A program made the translations under genes and the position numbers. A stretch of DNA of 64,000 bases, from the NCBI RefSeq assembly GCF_009914755.1, contig NC_060940.1; one strand, written 5' to 3'. This DNA comes from the human T2T-CHM13v2.0 reference genome, Homo sapiens. Position 1 is the first letter of the stretch. Each line of letters starts with the position of its first letter. A model generated the notes under the pieces. It was not told the DNA's origin and did no database searches. It saw only the letters and a program-made list of their open reading frames with translations. Below are positions 1-14,484 of the stretch, piece after piece.

Positions 1-227
1 AGATTTCCATACTGGATTGAGAAGTATTTAAATATGAGGGGTCTCCCTGCAAGGTATCAGATTCTGTGAAGAAATCCCCCTCTCTCTAGCCCAACACATA
101 CCAATTTGACTCTATATTTGAATTGAAAAGAAAATCAATATAGCTGAATGAATGATCTTTTTCTATTTTAAGGGGAGGAAGGAAGTTACCAAGAAAACCA
201 TGTTAATATTTTCTGAAACTATTTTCA

Positions 228-557
<330 letters not shown>

Positions 558-688
558 TCACTGTTTTTACAGTTTCAATGACAATCTCATTCATCATCAA
601 GATGAATTAAAACAGCATCCTTAACCCTGTTCCCTTCAACCAGAGAAATTAAGACTACGATACACCAGTTTCAAAAATCCTTAGATAT

Positions 689-1126
689 TGTATCAGTTAC
701 CCATCACTGAGTAACAAACCATCCCAGCACTTAGTGGTGTAAACAGTAGTATTTTATTTGCTCATGATTCCATGGGTCAGAAATTCACACAGGGCTCAGC
801 AGGGGCAGCTGGTTTCTGCTCCACATCAGCCTGACTGGGGCTCGAGTATCCAAGGCAGGTTCACCCTCAAGTCAGGCTGGCTGCCAGCTGAAGCACCTTG
901 GTTTTCCTGTACATGGCCTCTCTCTCCAGCAGGACAGTCTAAACATCTTTATATGGTGGCTAAGTTACCCCCCAGGGAAAGTGAAATCTATGAACCTTCT
1001 TGAGGCCTAGGCTGAGAAGTTCCAGAACCTGTGCCACAGTGCATTAATCGAAGCAAGTCATGGGACCACCCCAGATTCAAAGAGAGAGGACATATGCTCT
1101 GCTCTCCAATGAAGCAATGGCATACA
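689..1126. mobile_element. Old MaLR (MLT1-type) LTR remnant
   Basis: tgtatcagtta...gtaacaaaccatccca..cttagtgg..aaaca..atttgctcatgattc..gggtcag motif typical of MLT1 ends (from memory). Confidence 0.6.
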
Positions 1127-1190
1127 GGGGTGGTTTGTTACTCAGTGATGGGTAACTGATAACAATATCTAAGAATTTTTGTATAGGGAT

Positions 1191-1796
1191 TGTTGGCAGA
1201 AAAGCTGGGGCAGGACTGGCTTGTCTGTCATAAAATAAAAGAGTCTTGGAAGATGTCTGGGGTCCAGGGTCTAAAACCCCTCGTGGCCTTTGGAACAGCA
1301 AGCTCTGTGCCAAAGGGTGGAAGACTGCCCTGCCACACCACAAATCTAAGCCCATGGCATAAAACTCCTCGTGGCTTGGATGGAACCCAGGGTTCAGGGC
1401 ATAAAACCCCTTGTGGCCCCTGGAATGTGCACAGACTTGTTGGTTGCTCTCCCAGGCTTATAAACATGCTCTCCATTATCGCAAGCAGCAGAGCATATTC
1501 TATATGCATCAAAGAAAATGCTAAACCATTACAGCTACACTTGATGCACTGCTACATTTCTACTCCCACATCCTCACACCCTCACCTGTTTACCCTCACG
1601 TCCTCACCACGTGCTTCTTTGTTTGATCACCAATAAATAGTGTGGGCTCCTAGAGCTCAGGGCCTTCGCAGCCTGCATACCAGCGTTGGCCCCCTGGACC
1701 CAACTTATGTACTCTTAACCTGTCTTTTCTCATTCCTTTGACTCCGCCGGACTTCGTAGCCCCCACGGCCTGGTATTGGGTCTGATCACCCCAACA
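1191..1796 (+). mobile_element. Solo ERV LTR, LTR3/HERV-K(HML-6)-like
   Basis: TGTTGG...CCAACA termini, 5-bp TSD GGGAT (1186-1190/1797-1801), AATAAA at 1632, repeated taaaacccctcgtggc units; family name from memory. Confidence 0.8.
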
Positions 1797-2728
1797 GGGA
1801 TAAAAGGAATCATGGAGCTATCTTTGTAGACAATCTTACACAGAGATTGTTATCAGTTAGAATGTCTTTGGATTTAGTAACCCAAATACAAGCGACTAAA
1901 ACAATACAAACAAGTTTATTATCTGACAAATGAAAATACACAGGTAAGGTGGACTGAAAGTTGGTGAATTCAGTGGTTCAATGAAATTAACAGGGACCCA
2001 AATTTATTCATCTTCCTAACGTGCTACCCTTGGTATGAACCCAACATAGCTATGGTAGCTCCAGACATCCTGTACGTGCACAAAACTCAAAGGCCATAAA
2101 ACAGGATGGGGCAAGGGAAGAAGGCTGCATCTCTTCCTCATGACTCTTTTCAGAACAAAGAAATATTTCCCATTAAAGCCATATATCTCATTGTCCATAC
2201 TGCATCATGTGCCTAATCTTAAACCAAAGGAATGACTGTGACTTGCTTAGATTAATCAAGCTCCCCCAGGAGCTATACAGGACAGTCTTACCGGAAGCAC
2301 TTGATTGCCTGATACCTGAACAAAATCAGTTTTATCAGTGAAAGGAAGAAGAAGAGGACAGCTATTTGATAAGCAACTCATTCTGTCTGCTACAGATGTC
2401 GAAGATATTGAACAAGAATTATTTATAAGTTTGATTCAAATATCAAAAGGTGCCAGCTGAAGCACCTTGGTTTTCCTGCACATGGCCTCTTTCTCCATCA
2501 GGACAGTCTAAATGTCTTTTAATAATACAAGATGTCCTTTAAATAATAAAAACTCCTGAAACATTAACAGCAATTTACAAAGATTCCATGCTGATTTTTA
2601 AAAACTCGTAGATTTTTCTAAAAAGCACTTGGAAAAAAAATCTTACAATAGATAAAATGCATGTCCTTTTGTTATTAATATTGAAAGTTATCTTGGCTAT
2701 TTATTTAGGCTATAGGGAGATGAAGCTT

Positions 2729-3079
2729 AAAAAAAGAAGAAGAGGAAGGAAGAAGGAAGAAGAAGGAGGAGGAAGAGGAGGAGAAGGAGAAGAAGGAGAA
2801 GGAGAAGGGGAAGAAGGAGAAGGAGGAAAAAAAGAAGAAGAAGGAGGAGAAGGAGAAGGAGAAGAGGAAGAGGAAGAGGAAGAAGAAGAAGAAGAAGAAG
2901 AAGAAGAAGAAGAAGAAGAAGAAGAAGAAGAAGAAGAAGAAGAAGAAGAAGAAGAAGAAAAGAAAGAAGAAGAAGAACTGGACTGTTAAATTTTTTAGCA
3001 GGGACTGATCTTCCAAGTCCCTCAAGGAGAAGGAAAAGGAGAAGAAGAAGAAGAAAAGAAAAGGAGAAGGAGAAGGAGA
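2729..3079 (+). repeat. Polypurine GAA/GGA microsatellite including pure (GAA)27 at 2879-2959
   Basis: Direct reading. Confidence 0.97.
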
Positions 3080-3280
3080 ACTGTAAAATTTTAGCAGAGA
3101 CTGATCTTCCAAGTCCCTCTAAGATTTCTTGAGAATCCCTCTCAGGAAAGCTTTGGATTAGGTTCAGTTCTGTTAACTATCTTCTGGTAACAAGAGGGCA
3201 TAAGTAGCTGAGCAGAAGAAATATCAGAGTTAAACTGGCCATCTTACACCACCATCTTGGGGTCCATCCATATTTTGCAG

Positions 3281-3424
3281 ATCCGCCTCTGAAGAGCACA
3301 GCTGTGTGGAAACAGGAAGTCAAGAACCAGTGGCCATTTATTTCACCAGTGGGACGACAGGCTCTCCTAAGATGGCCCAGCACTCTCAGAGCAGCTTCAG
3401 CATTGGGTTCACCGTCTGTGGAAG
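3281..3424 (+). pseudogene. ACSM4-like pseudo-exon (P-loop): [48 protein letters not shown]
   Basis: ttttgcag acceptor, gtaggg donor, 144 nt, open frame. Confidence 0.9.
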
Positions 3425-4157
3425 GTAGGGAAGAAAACTCTGGTTTTGGGTTTGAACTCCCCAAAGAGCTGCCAATATGTGTATCCAACTAATCGATACT
3501 TCTCCTTGAATTGCTATAAGATATTGCCAATTAATTGCTACCAAACAGAACTTGTGCTGGCCGTGCCCAACCTAGCTTAGTAAATGACACAATCTAACCA
3601 GCTGATCAAGCAAGAACTTAAGAATCGACCTTAATTCAGTCCCTTAACAACATGTCTGGCTTCCTTTAATCATTGCTAGGTAAATTTACCTACCCAGAAA
3701 GGCCTTCCTAAAAGAGAGACTATCCTAAGTTTTCACGTTACCCTATTTTATTTTCCTAATAGCATTTACACTATTTAAAATAATGATATACTTAATTCAC
3801 TTCATTGTATATGTATTCGCTGTCACCTAAAATAAGAGCAGAGGTCTGGTCTCTTGCTCACTGCTGTAGAACAGTGCTTAGCACATTTTTACTTAACAAG
3901 TATTTGTTGCATCAATGGACAAACTCAAAAAATCATGCCAAACCCAGCCTCCCACTCTACTCTCAGACAACCTAGGATTCTGAAAAGGCCTTTAAGAAGA
4001 GTAGAGGTAGAATCTGTCAACTTGCCTGGGGCTTCTTTTGACCCTTCTCTGCAGCCCTTAAGGTTTGGGGGCAAGGTCACTCCTGAAAGATACCAGTTGT
4101 TTTTAATTTTTGTTTGTTTATTTTTGGTCTGTTTTGTGGCTTCTTCATATCATTTAG

Positions 4158-4315
4158 ATATTGGCTGGATATCTAAGTCCTCAGATAGCATATGGAATGT
4201 GTCTGACACAGGCTGGGTCAAGGCCACCTTTGGCAGTATATTTTCTTCCTGGCTTTATGGAGCCTGTGTTTTTATGCATCAGATGGCACAGTTTGACATT
4301 GACACCTTCCTAGAT
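4158..4315 (+). pseudogene. ACSM4-like pseudo-exon with +1 frameshift (YWLD/KSSDSIWNVSDTGWVKATFGSIFSSWLYGACVFMHQMAQFDIDTFLD)
   Basis: tttag/gtaag boundaries; 158 nt; GAT ATC TAA stop in the incoming frame. Confidence 0.9.
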
Positions 4316-5022
4316 GTAAGTCATGTCCTCCAGCTAGATAGATCTTTAGAGCTCTTCCTTGTCTCCCATAAAATCACAAAGAAATGATACCTCAGAATAC
4401 CAGGCTTCTTGGGCTTCTGGAAATCATTTCTTTATAAGAAGCAAAGTCTCCAGGGCCTTGGCTTTTGAAATGTGTTTAACAGAGTGGGGCGGGGTGGGGG
4501 AAACAACTGCAACACTCTCAGGCAGGAAATCCAGACTTCTGCTTCAAATAGTTCAGGATTTGCTAGTGTCACTGAAACTGTAGCTACTTAAGAATCTGGT
4601 TCTAAATAACAGATTAGAAGTCTCAAATCTAAACAAATACTTCATTTCTAATTCAGTGAAACCAAGATAATAGCTGATAAACCATGACTCTTGTGCAGAG
4701 CAGAGATTAAAAGTGCGGGCACCTTTGCCCAGAGCAGCTCCTCTTACTCTTCCCCAAGTTGTTAATTCTCAGAACGTAATACTCTTCTGGAAATCAGACA
4801 TGCATGCCCTGCCTTCTCAACCAGGGACAGCTAGATTGAGATATCAGATAATTCTAATTTCTTTAGCCTTTAGAAAAATGTGATTCAGGCCAATTATTTT
4901 CAACCATGACAAATCAATTAAGTTTAAGAAAATACATATTATTACATACAAACTACACCTATGTGTGAATAAAAGCTGTTCACCTGTTATTTTGCTAACT
5001 GGCCTGACACGGTGGTTTAAGG

Positions 5023-5541
5023 CAGAAGTCCCCCAGCCTTTTTGGCGCTAGGGACTGGTTTCATGGAAGACCATTTTTCCATGGTCAAGTGGGAGAGGGA
5101 GGGATTCGAGCTCATTACATTTATTGTGTGCTTTATTTCTATTACTATTAAATTGTAATGTATAATGAAATAATTATACAACTTACCATAATGTAGAATC
5201 AGTGAAAGCCCTGAGTTTGTTTTCCTGCAACTAGACAGTCCCATCTGGGAGTAATGGGAGATAGTGACAGACTATCAGGCATTAGATTCTCATAAGGAGC
5301 CTGCAACCTAGATCTCTCGCATGTACAGTTCACAATAGGGTACGCACTCCTATAAGAATCTAATGCCACCACTGACCTGACAGGAGGCGGAGCTCAGGCC
5401 ATAATGCAAGTGATGGAGAGTGGCTGTAAATACAAATGAAGCTTTGCACACTAGCCTTGCCACTCACTCCTGCTGTGCAGCCCACCTCCTAACAGGCCAT
5501 GGACAGGAACCGGTCTGTGGCCTGGGTGTTGGGGATCCCTA
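5023..5541 (+). mobile_element. MER1A-like hAT-Charlie non-autonomous DNA transposon
   Basis: CAG..GTCCCC/GGGGATCCCT termini and a perfect 8-bp TSD GTTTAAGG (5015-5022/5542-5549). Confidence 0.88.
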
Positions 5542-5913
5542 GTTTAAGGGCCTTAACATAAATGTAGGCTAACATAAGAACGGAGATCTCCACATCAGGT
5601 TTACAAAGTGCCCTAAAGTTGGTAAGTTAACTTTGCAGTTTCAAAACCTACATTTGTAAAATAAGAAGATTTTTATTTTACAAAGATCATGTGTGTATTT
5701 CAAGTGCTATAAAAACCTTTATAGATGTATACTATTCTTAGATATATACATTACACTTTATAAAAACAATTAGAATCCATGGAGCAGATACACATGGTAA
5801 AAATGCTGACTTACAGATTAAACATTTTTCTTTAACTATGACAATCCAGATAGCCCAGACATCCAATTTGAGCCTCCTCACAAATGCTTAAGTTTAATAC
5901 AAATTACCAATAA

Positions 5914-7215
5914 GTTGTCCTATTTAGTGCGAAGAAAATAATATGGGTACTATAGACAGCTGTTAAGAAAGTGGTGAAAGAGTAATAAAAAGGGCTCAGG
6001 TGCTGGTGTACAATGTGTTTGCAGCTTTGATGATGAGGTCTTTGGAGTAGAAGCCTGTGAGGAAAGGTATACCTGTAAGTGCGAGATTGCCGATCACAAG
6101 GGAGGAGGAAGTGAGGGGCGAGGCTTGAATAATCCTCCTATTTTTCGGATGTCTTGTTCATCATTGAGGCTATGGATGATGGACCTAGAACATATGAATA
6201 GTATAGCTTTAAAAAAGGCATGTGTGCAGATGTGAATAAATGCTAGGTGTGGTTGATTAATGCCAATTGTGACTATTATAAATTCTAGTTGACTTGAGGT
6301 GGAGAATGCTATGATTTTTTTTTGATATCGTTTTGTGTTAGGGTGCAGATTGCTGTAAATAGGGTAGTAATAGCCCTGAGACATAATGTAAGGGTTTAGA
6401 TTGATAAATTACTTTTTATTAAAGAGTGGAAGAGGATGAGTAGAAAAACTCCTGCTACAACTGTAGTGCTGGAGCAGAGTAGGGCTGAGACTGGGGTTGC
6501 ACCTTCTATGACAGAGGGAAGTCAGGGGTGGAGGCTCAATTTGGCTGACTTTCCTACTGCCTCTAAGAGAAGGCTAACCAGTGGGAGGGAGTTGGGGGTA
6601 GGATTTAGAATAAATATTTGTTGAAATTCTTGTGTTGGAGGACAGGAGGAATCATGCCATAGCTAGAATAAAGTCAGTATCACTGATACGATTGTACAGG
6701 ACTGCTTGAGGGTTGCTGCATTAGTATCAGCTCAGCTGTATCGTCAGCTGATTAGTAGGAAAGATATAATTCCTACACCCTCTCATTCAATGAAGAGCTG
6801 AAAGAGGTTGTTGGCAGTAACCAGAATGAGTACTGTTATTGATAAGGAAAATAACTAAATATTTGAAAAAGTGATTGATGTTACGGTCTGAGTTTATATG
6901 TCATATTGAGAATTCTATAATAGATCAGGTAACAAATAGTGCTACTGGGATAAATATTGTAGAAAAGTAGTCTAGTTTAAAGCTTAGTGAGGGTTTAAGG
7001 GTCTGGATCCTCATTCAATGTCAGTTTGAGACAATGACTTCTTGGTCTGTACACATAAATGTTGTGGGGATAAGGCTGATGATAAAGGGACATGTGAGAG
7101 ATGATTTTACATAATTGGGGTATGAGCCTTTTTTAAATGTGCTGGTTAAGGTAACAATAATTGGTAAGATTAAGGGGACTAGGGCTGTTGTGATAGTGGA
7201 AGAATGCATGTTTGT
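5914..7215 (-). pseudogene. NUMT: degenerate mitochondrial ND5 5' part
   Basis: Minus strand encodes [53 protein letters not shown] and [10 protein letters not shown]; frameshifted; collinear with mt tRNA-Leu and tRNA-Ser. Confidence 0.95.
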
Positions 7216-7286
7216 TACTTTTATTTGGAGTTGCAACAATGTTTTTGGTTCCTAAGACCAACTGATGACTCTTATCCTTTAAAAGT
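7216..7286 (-). pseudogene. NUMT mt-tRNA-Leu(CUN) pseudogene
   Basis: ACTTTTAAAGGATAA...GGTCTTAGGAACC...GCAACTCCAAATAAAAGTA on the minus strand, TAG anticodon, directly 5' of ND5. Confidence 0.9.
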
Positions 7287-7343
7287 TGAGAAAGCCATGT
7301 TATTAAACATGGTGGCATGAGTTAGCAGTTCTAGCACACTTTT
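7287..7343 (-). pseudogene. NUMT mt-tRNA-Ser(AGY) pseudogene
   Basis: AGAACTGCTAACTCATGCC.CCATGT.TAA.AACATGGCTTTCTCA on the minus strand, in mtDNA gene order. Confidence 0.88.
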
Positions 7344-7819
7344 AAGGGACATAGTGGAACTTCTCCAGAAGGAGGAGCTCTAAAACATTAGTATTTCTCT
7401 AGATTTAAGATGTCTAGGCCATTATCTTATGGAAGAATAATGAGCCCAGCAAATGTTTAAAAATTAAGAAAAAACCTAAAAAGTGCTGATTTCTGCATTT
7501 ACTCAACTTACTCAAAAAACTGATATATTTCATAGAAATAGAAGTGGAAAGGTTCCAGTAGTTTAACTTATACATCCATAATCAATACTATACATGAATA
7601 CGTGGGCAAGAGGTTACAAGATTCCACCATGAAAGGTAACTTGCAGCCCTGAGGAAGAATAAACCAGTTCATACTTTGGGTTGTTCTCAAATTCACTTGC
7701 TGAATTCAATTCTGTAGGTTTGTTACTGTAAGATTAATATATATACATTCCTTCCAGCAATTGGAAATTCCCAACAGACATACAGTCATTAGTGACAAGT
7801 AATAAATATTTGTTTTCTT

Positions 7820-10200
<2,381 letters not shown>

Positions 10201-10292
10201 TAATGGAAGGGAATGACAGGGTGTAGATATCAGCTCCAGTCATAGCCTTTCATTGACCGCTTCTGACTTCTGTGTCTTTCTCCATCATCCAG

Positions 10293-10372
10293 ACACTTAC
10301 CACTTATCCCATCACAACCCTGTGCAGCCCTCCCACCATGTACTGGATGCTTCTACAAAAAGACCTTAAGAG
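10293..10372 (+). pseudogene. ACSM4-like pseudo-exon TLTTYPITTLCSPPTMYWMLLQKDLKR
   Basis: ccag/gtact boundaries, 80 nt. Confidence 0.9.
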
Positions 10373-10457
10373 GTACTTGGGCAGAAATTTCCACTTGAAC
10401 CACAAATGATAGCTACCATCCAGCATCACAGATCTCCCTTTTTCAGCACAGGGCAGC

Positions 10458-10979
<522 letters not shown>

Positions 10980-11569
10980 GAATATCCTCTAGGACAACTG
11001 GACATTTTTCCAGGAACAACCAGAGCTCTATAGTCCCCGAACTCCCCCTCAAAAAATTTATCCTCTAGTACTACTTTTTAGAAACACTGTCATTTAGAAC
11101 CAGCCCTCAAAAAAGAAAGAAAAGCATATTTATACTGCCTTGAAGAGAAGCTAACAAAGTTTGACTTGAAGGTTATATTCAGTTTAGCCAAACTACATGA
11201 ACATCCAGTAGAGTTACAATGTATATTTGTTTAATTCAAACTCAATACATGAGGAGAGAAAGGAAGAGAGGAGCAATTTAAGAAGTGCAGGCTTGTCCAT
11301 CCTCTTTTGCCAACAAAGTGTGGATGCCCAAGAGGGAAAGTGCTATGCAAGACAGAATAATGCAAATACAAATCTTCTCTTTCCCTAGTCAGTGTCAACG
11401 CCTTTGGTCCTATGTGAGCATCTTGCTCACATTTCAATAGTAATTCAGGGACTATTCAACGATTATTCTGAATGCATATGATTTGTATTCTACCCACATC
11501 CTCTGGTTCATTTGGGGCCTCAGTGTTTGAGAAGCAAGCTGTTCTAGGCTTTCTCACCTGTCTTCAGTA

Positions 11570-11955
11570 ACGCCAGTGGTTAAAAGCTAAGCTCAAAATC
11601 AAACAGGCAGGGCCCTACTACTTACTAATAGTGTGGCCTTGGACACTCAAGATATCCTTACTAAGCCTCCATCAACTCCATCTATAAGAGAGGATTAAGA
11701 GCCACCTCACAAGGCTGTGGTGAGAATTTAATGTAAGTGACTTGCTTGGTGAGATCACCTTGACAAGTGGGAGGTGCCTGGTACAGAGTATCATGAGTAT
11801 CAACTCAGCCCTTTATTATTTGGAAGGCCTTGGGCAAGTTCTTTAAACTCTCTGAGCCTCAATGTCCTCATGTGTAAAGTAGGGGTTGAGAGGAGTCTAA
11901 GAATGCTTCTAAAGCCCTTATAACCTAGCAACTGCTCAATCAGTATTAGCTGTTA
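11570..11955 (+). mobile_element. MIR remnants (two)
   Basis: ccttgggcaagtt..aactctctgagcctca.t.tcctcat.tgtaaa MIR core. Confidence 0.55.
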
Positions 11956-12273
11956 TATCATGTGGCTTGTAATAAGCACTTAGTATCATTAATAGCATTT
12001 TCTCCCACCTTTTAACATCTTTAATAGCTAAGTTCTCCTCCATCTGCTAAAATGTAAGCTGTCAGAAATTTTTGTTATAATCACTAATGTGCCCCATATG
12101 CCTAGAACAATGTCTAACAATACAGTAGGTGTTCAACAAGTTTTTGTTGAATGAACTTTCCTAAGACTTGCCTCTCCTAGCTTCTATGCTTGCTGCTTGA
12201 ATGTCCTAATTATCTTGCAGGGAAAGCACTCAGGTTCCTCTCAAAAAGGCCCCATGCAACTCTGTCTCTCCAG

Positions 12274-12397
12274 ATATAAATTCAAGAGGCTGCGGCACTG
12301 CTTGACAGGAGGGGAGGCCCTCACCCCGGAGGTGCTGGAGCAGTGGAGGGCACAAACTGGGCTGGAGCTACATGAGAGCTATGGACAGACGGAAGTG
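12274..12397 (+). pseudogene. ACSM4-like pseudo-exon YKFKRLRHCLTGGEALTPEVLEQWRAQTGLELHESYGQTEV
   Basis: ccag/gtata boundaries, 124 nt; A5 motif reads HESYGQTE instead of YEGYGQTE. Confidence 0.9.
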
Positions 12398-12756
12398 GTA
12401 TATTTAAAGGGCAACATTTATGTTTAGTATATTTGGGGGCCTTTCTGCCCCAGGATTTTCAACCTGAGCCCCTGAAGTGCCTCCATCCCACTCTAAATTT
12501 TTACAGTTTCCCAGTATACCTCATCTTGCCAGTAGTTACCAAAACTTGCAAACTGCTCAGTTAGGTTTTGCTAAAGGGGTGATGATTATTATTCCATCAT
12601 TCCTGCCTCCCCCTCATGCAGGAGAAATCTCAGGGGCTTTAGCAGGTGGGTGAGGCTCAGAACTGAGCAGCTCATCTCTCCAACTGTGCTGGGAAGAATC
12701 ATCTGAGAGCCTCTGTGGGGAATTTATTCCAGGGTGCACTTAATGGAGTCTAAGGA

Positions 12757-12956
12757 GTAGTTTTCAAAGTGACCAGTGGTCCCCAAACCAGCAACATCAG
12801 CATCATCTGGGAATTTGGTAGAAATGCAAATTCTTGGACTCCACTCCACACCTAATGCATTAGAAACTCTGGGATGAGGCCCATAAATCTGTGTTTCAAC
12901 AATGCTCCAGAATCTCCAATTTGATTCTAAAGCACACCCATGTTTGAGAACTACTG
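12757..12956. mobile_element. MER5A
   Basis: agtagttttcaaagtg...gtttgagaactactg TIRs; ccagcaacatcagcatcatctgggaa core. Confidence 0.8.
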
Positions 12957-13093
12957 GTCTCAAATAGTATATTTCAGAAGGTGTGCTTAAATACTGGGAA
13001 AATCAGTCCAAACTGAATCTTAAGTTTCATTGTCATGATATAGTTTCAGAAAATGAATTTTTGTCTACTTATGCAAAGTTTGTCCTCTCAATG

Positions 13094-13173
13094 GGAATAA
13101 TTTGTGCCAATCAGAAAGGACAAAAAATTAAACCAGGCTCAATGGGGAAAGAATGCTTCACTATGATGTCCAG
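13094..13173 (+). pseudogene. ACSM4-like pseudo-exon GIICANQKGQKIKPGSMGK/MLHYDVQ; -1 frameshift and acceptor AG->TG
   Basis: 80 nt; preceded by ctcaatg rather than ..ag; gtagg donor. Confidence 0.88.
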
Positions 13174-13318
13174 GTAGGTTGAGAAAATATCTGACCGGTT
13201 CAATAAAGCAGAAAGAACGTTTTACAGTTTTCTGCTATTCACTGTACAACTATTTACAACCTGCTTTCATTTTGTGAAAAGAAAATTTTAAGAAAATCAA
13301 TTGTTTCTTTCATTCTAG

Positions 13319-13420
13319 ATTATAGATGAAAATGGCAATGTTCTACCACCTGGCAAAGAAGGGGAAATTGCCCTCAGACTAAAGTCTACACAGCCCTTCT
13401 GTTTCTTCTCTGAATATGTG
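13319..13420 (+). pseudogene. ACSM4-like pseudo-exon [34 protein letters not shown]; donor GT->AT
   Basis: ttctag acceptor, 102 nt, followed by atatga. Confidence 0.9.
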
Positions 13421-13756
13421 ATATGAGGATAGAAAGTGCTAGTCATGTCTTAATACAGACTTTGGTCCAAATTTCATTTCCACCATGTCTTGCTATGTAA
13501 CCTCAGGCAAGCAACAAAATCTATTTCATCAGCAGTAAAATGCAGAGACTATCACCTATCACCTGAGTACTATAAAGATGAAATTCCAAATGTAACAAAC
13601 TGGTTGCAGTGGTTATCCTCAGAAAGGAAAACTGGACAGGGTAGGATGGGGGTGCAGTTGGGGGGTGCTAGAGGTGGAAGAGGGGCTTTTTATTATACTA
13701 TTTGGGACCTTTTATATCTTATACTAGGAACTACCTTTTTTAAAAAATTAATTTCC

Positions 13757-14054
13757 AGCCAGGGACAGTGGCTCATACTGTAATTGCAACATTTTGGGAG
13801 GCTGAGGTGGGAGGGTGGCTTGGGCCCAAGAGTTCAAGACCAGCCTGGGAAACATAGTGAGACCCCGTCTCTACAAAAACATAAAACAATTAGCCAGGTG
13901 TGGTGGCACATGCCTGTGGTCCCAGCTATCCAGAAGGCTGAGGCGACAGGATTGCTACAGCCTGGGAGGTCAAGGCTGCAGTGAGCTATGATCAAGCCAA
14001 TGCAGTCCAGCATGGGCAACAGAAAGAGACTCTGTCTCAAAATATAAAATAAAT
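13757..14054 (+). mobile_element. Alu (AluJ)
   Basis: Diverged Alu with J-type gggaggtcaaggctgcagtgagctatgat. Confidence 0.9.
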
Positions 14055-14160
14055 AATTTCCTTTAGAAGTACAATTTGTAATGTACTTGTCACTTAATGA
14101 GTGTTATACCCATTTCTGTTCTGACCAAACTAATCCCCAAATGTCATCTTTGATTCCTAG

Positions 14161-14288
14161 GACAGTCCAGAGAAAACTGCTGCCACGGTAAGGGGAGATT
14201 TTTATGTCACTGGAGACAGAGGAATGATGGACAGTGATGGGTATTTCTGGTTTGTCGGCAGAGCTGATGATGTCATTATTTCCTCTGG
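14161..14288 (+). pseudogene. ACSM4-like pseudo-exon [43 protein letters not shown]
   Basis: cctag/gtttgt boundaries, 128 nt, A7/A8 motifs intact. Confidence 0.92.
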
Positions 14289-14384
14289 GTTTGTAGATTT
14301 GCCACTCTTAAGAGGCAAGGATTGACAGGGGGGGAGCTCTCCTACTGGAGGATGTGGTGGTCAAAGGCTTCTTTTCCTTTTCAG

Positions 14385-14484
14385 GTACCGTATTGGGCCA
14401 TTTGAAGTGGAGAGTGTGCTTGCTGAGCATCCAGCAGTTGTCAAATCAGCTGTTGTCAGTAGTCCATATCCAATTTGTGGAGAG
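14385..14484 (+). pseudogene. ACSM4-like pseudo-exon [33 protein letters not shown]
   Basis: ttcag/gtagat boundaries, 100 nt. Confidence 0.92.

Noticed and set aside
1190-1636. 148-aa ORF with repeated HKTP motifs
   Set aside because: Lies within a solo LTR; the repeats are U3 tandem units
2657-3112. Poly-Glu (+) and poly-Phe (-) ORFs
   Set aside because: Translations of the GAA microsatellite; no splice or promoter support
3854-4387. 177-aa ORF with an ACSM-like tail
   Set aside because: Intronic sequence running into a frameshifted pseudo-exon; not a stand-alone gene
7216-7343. Functional tRNA genes
   Set aside because: Mitochondrial-type, mutated, part of a NUMT; no nuclear Pol III A/B boxes expected
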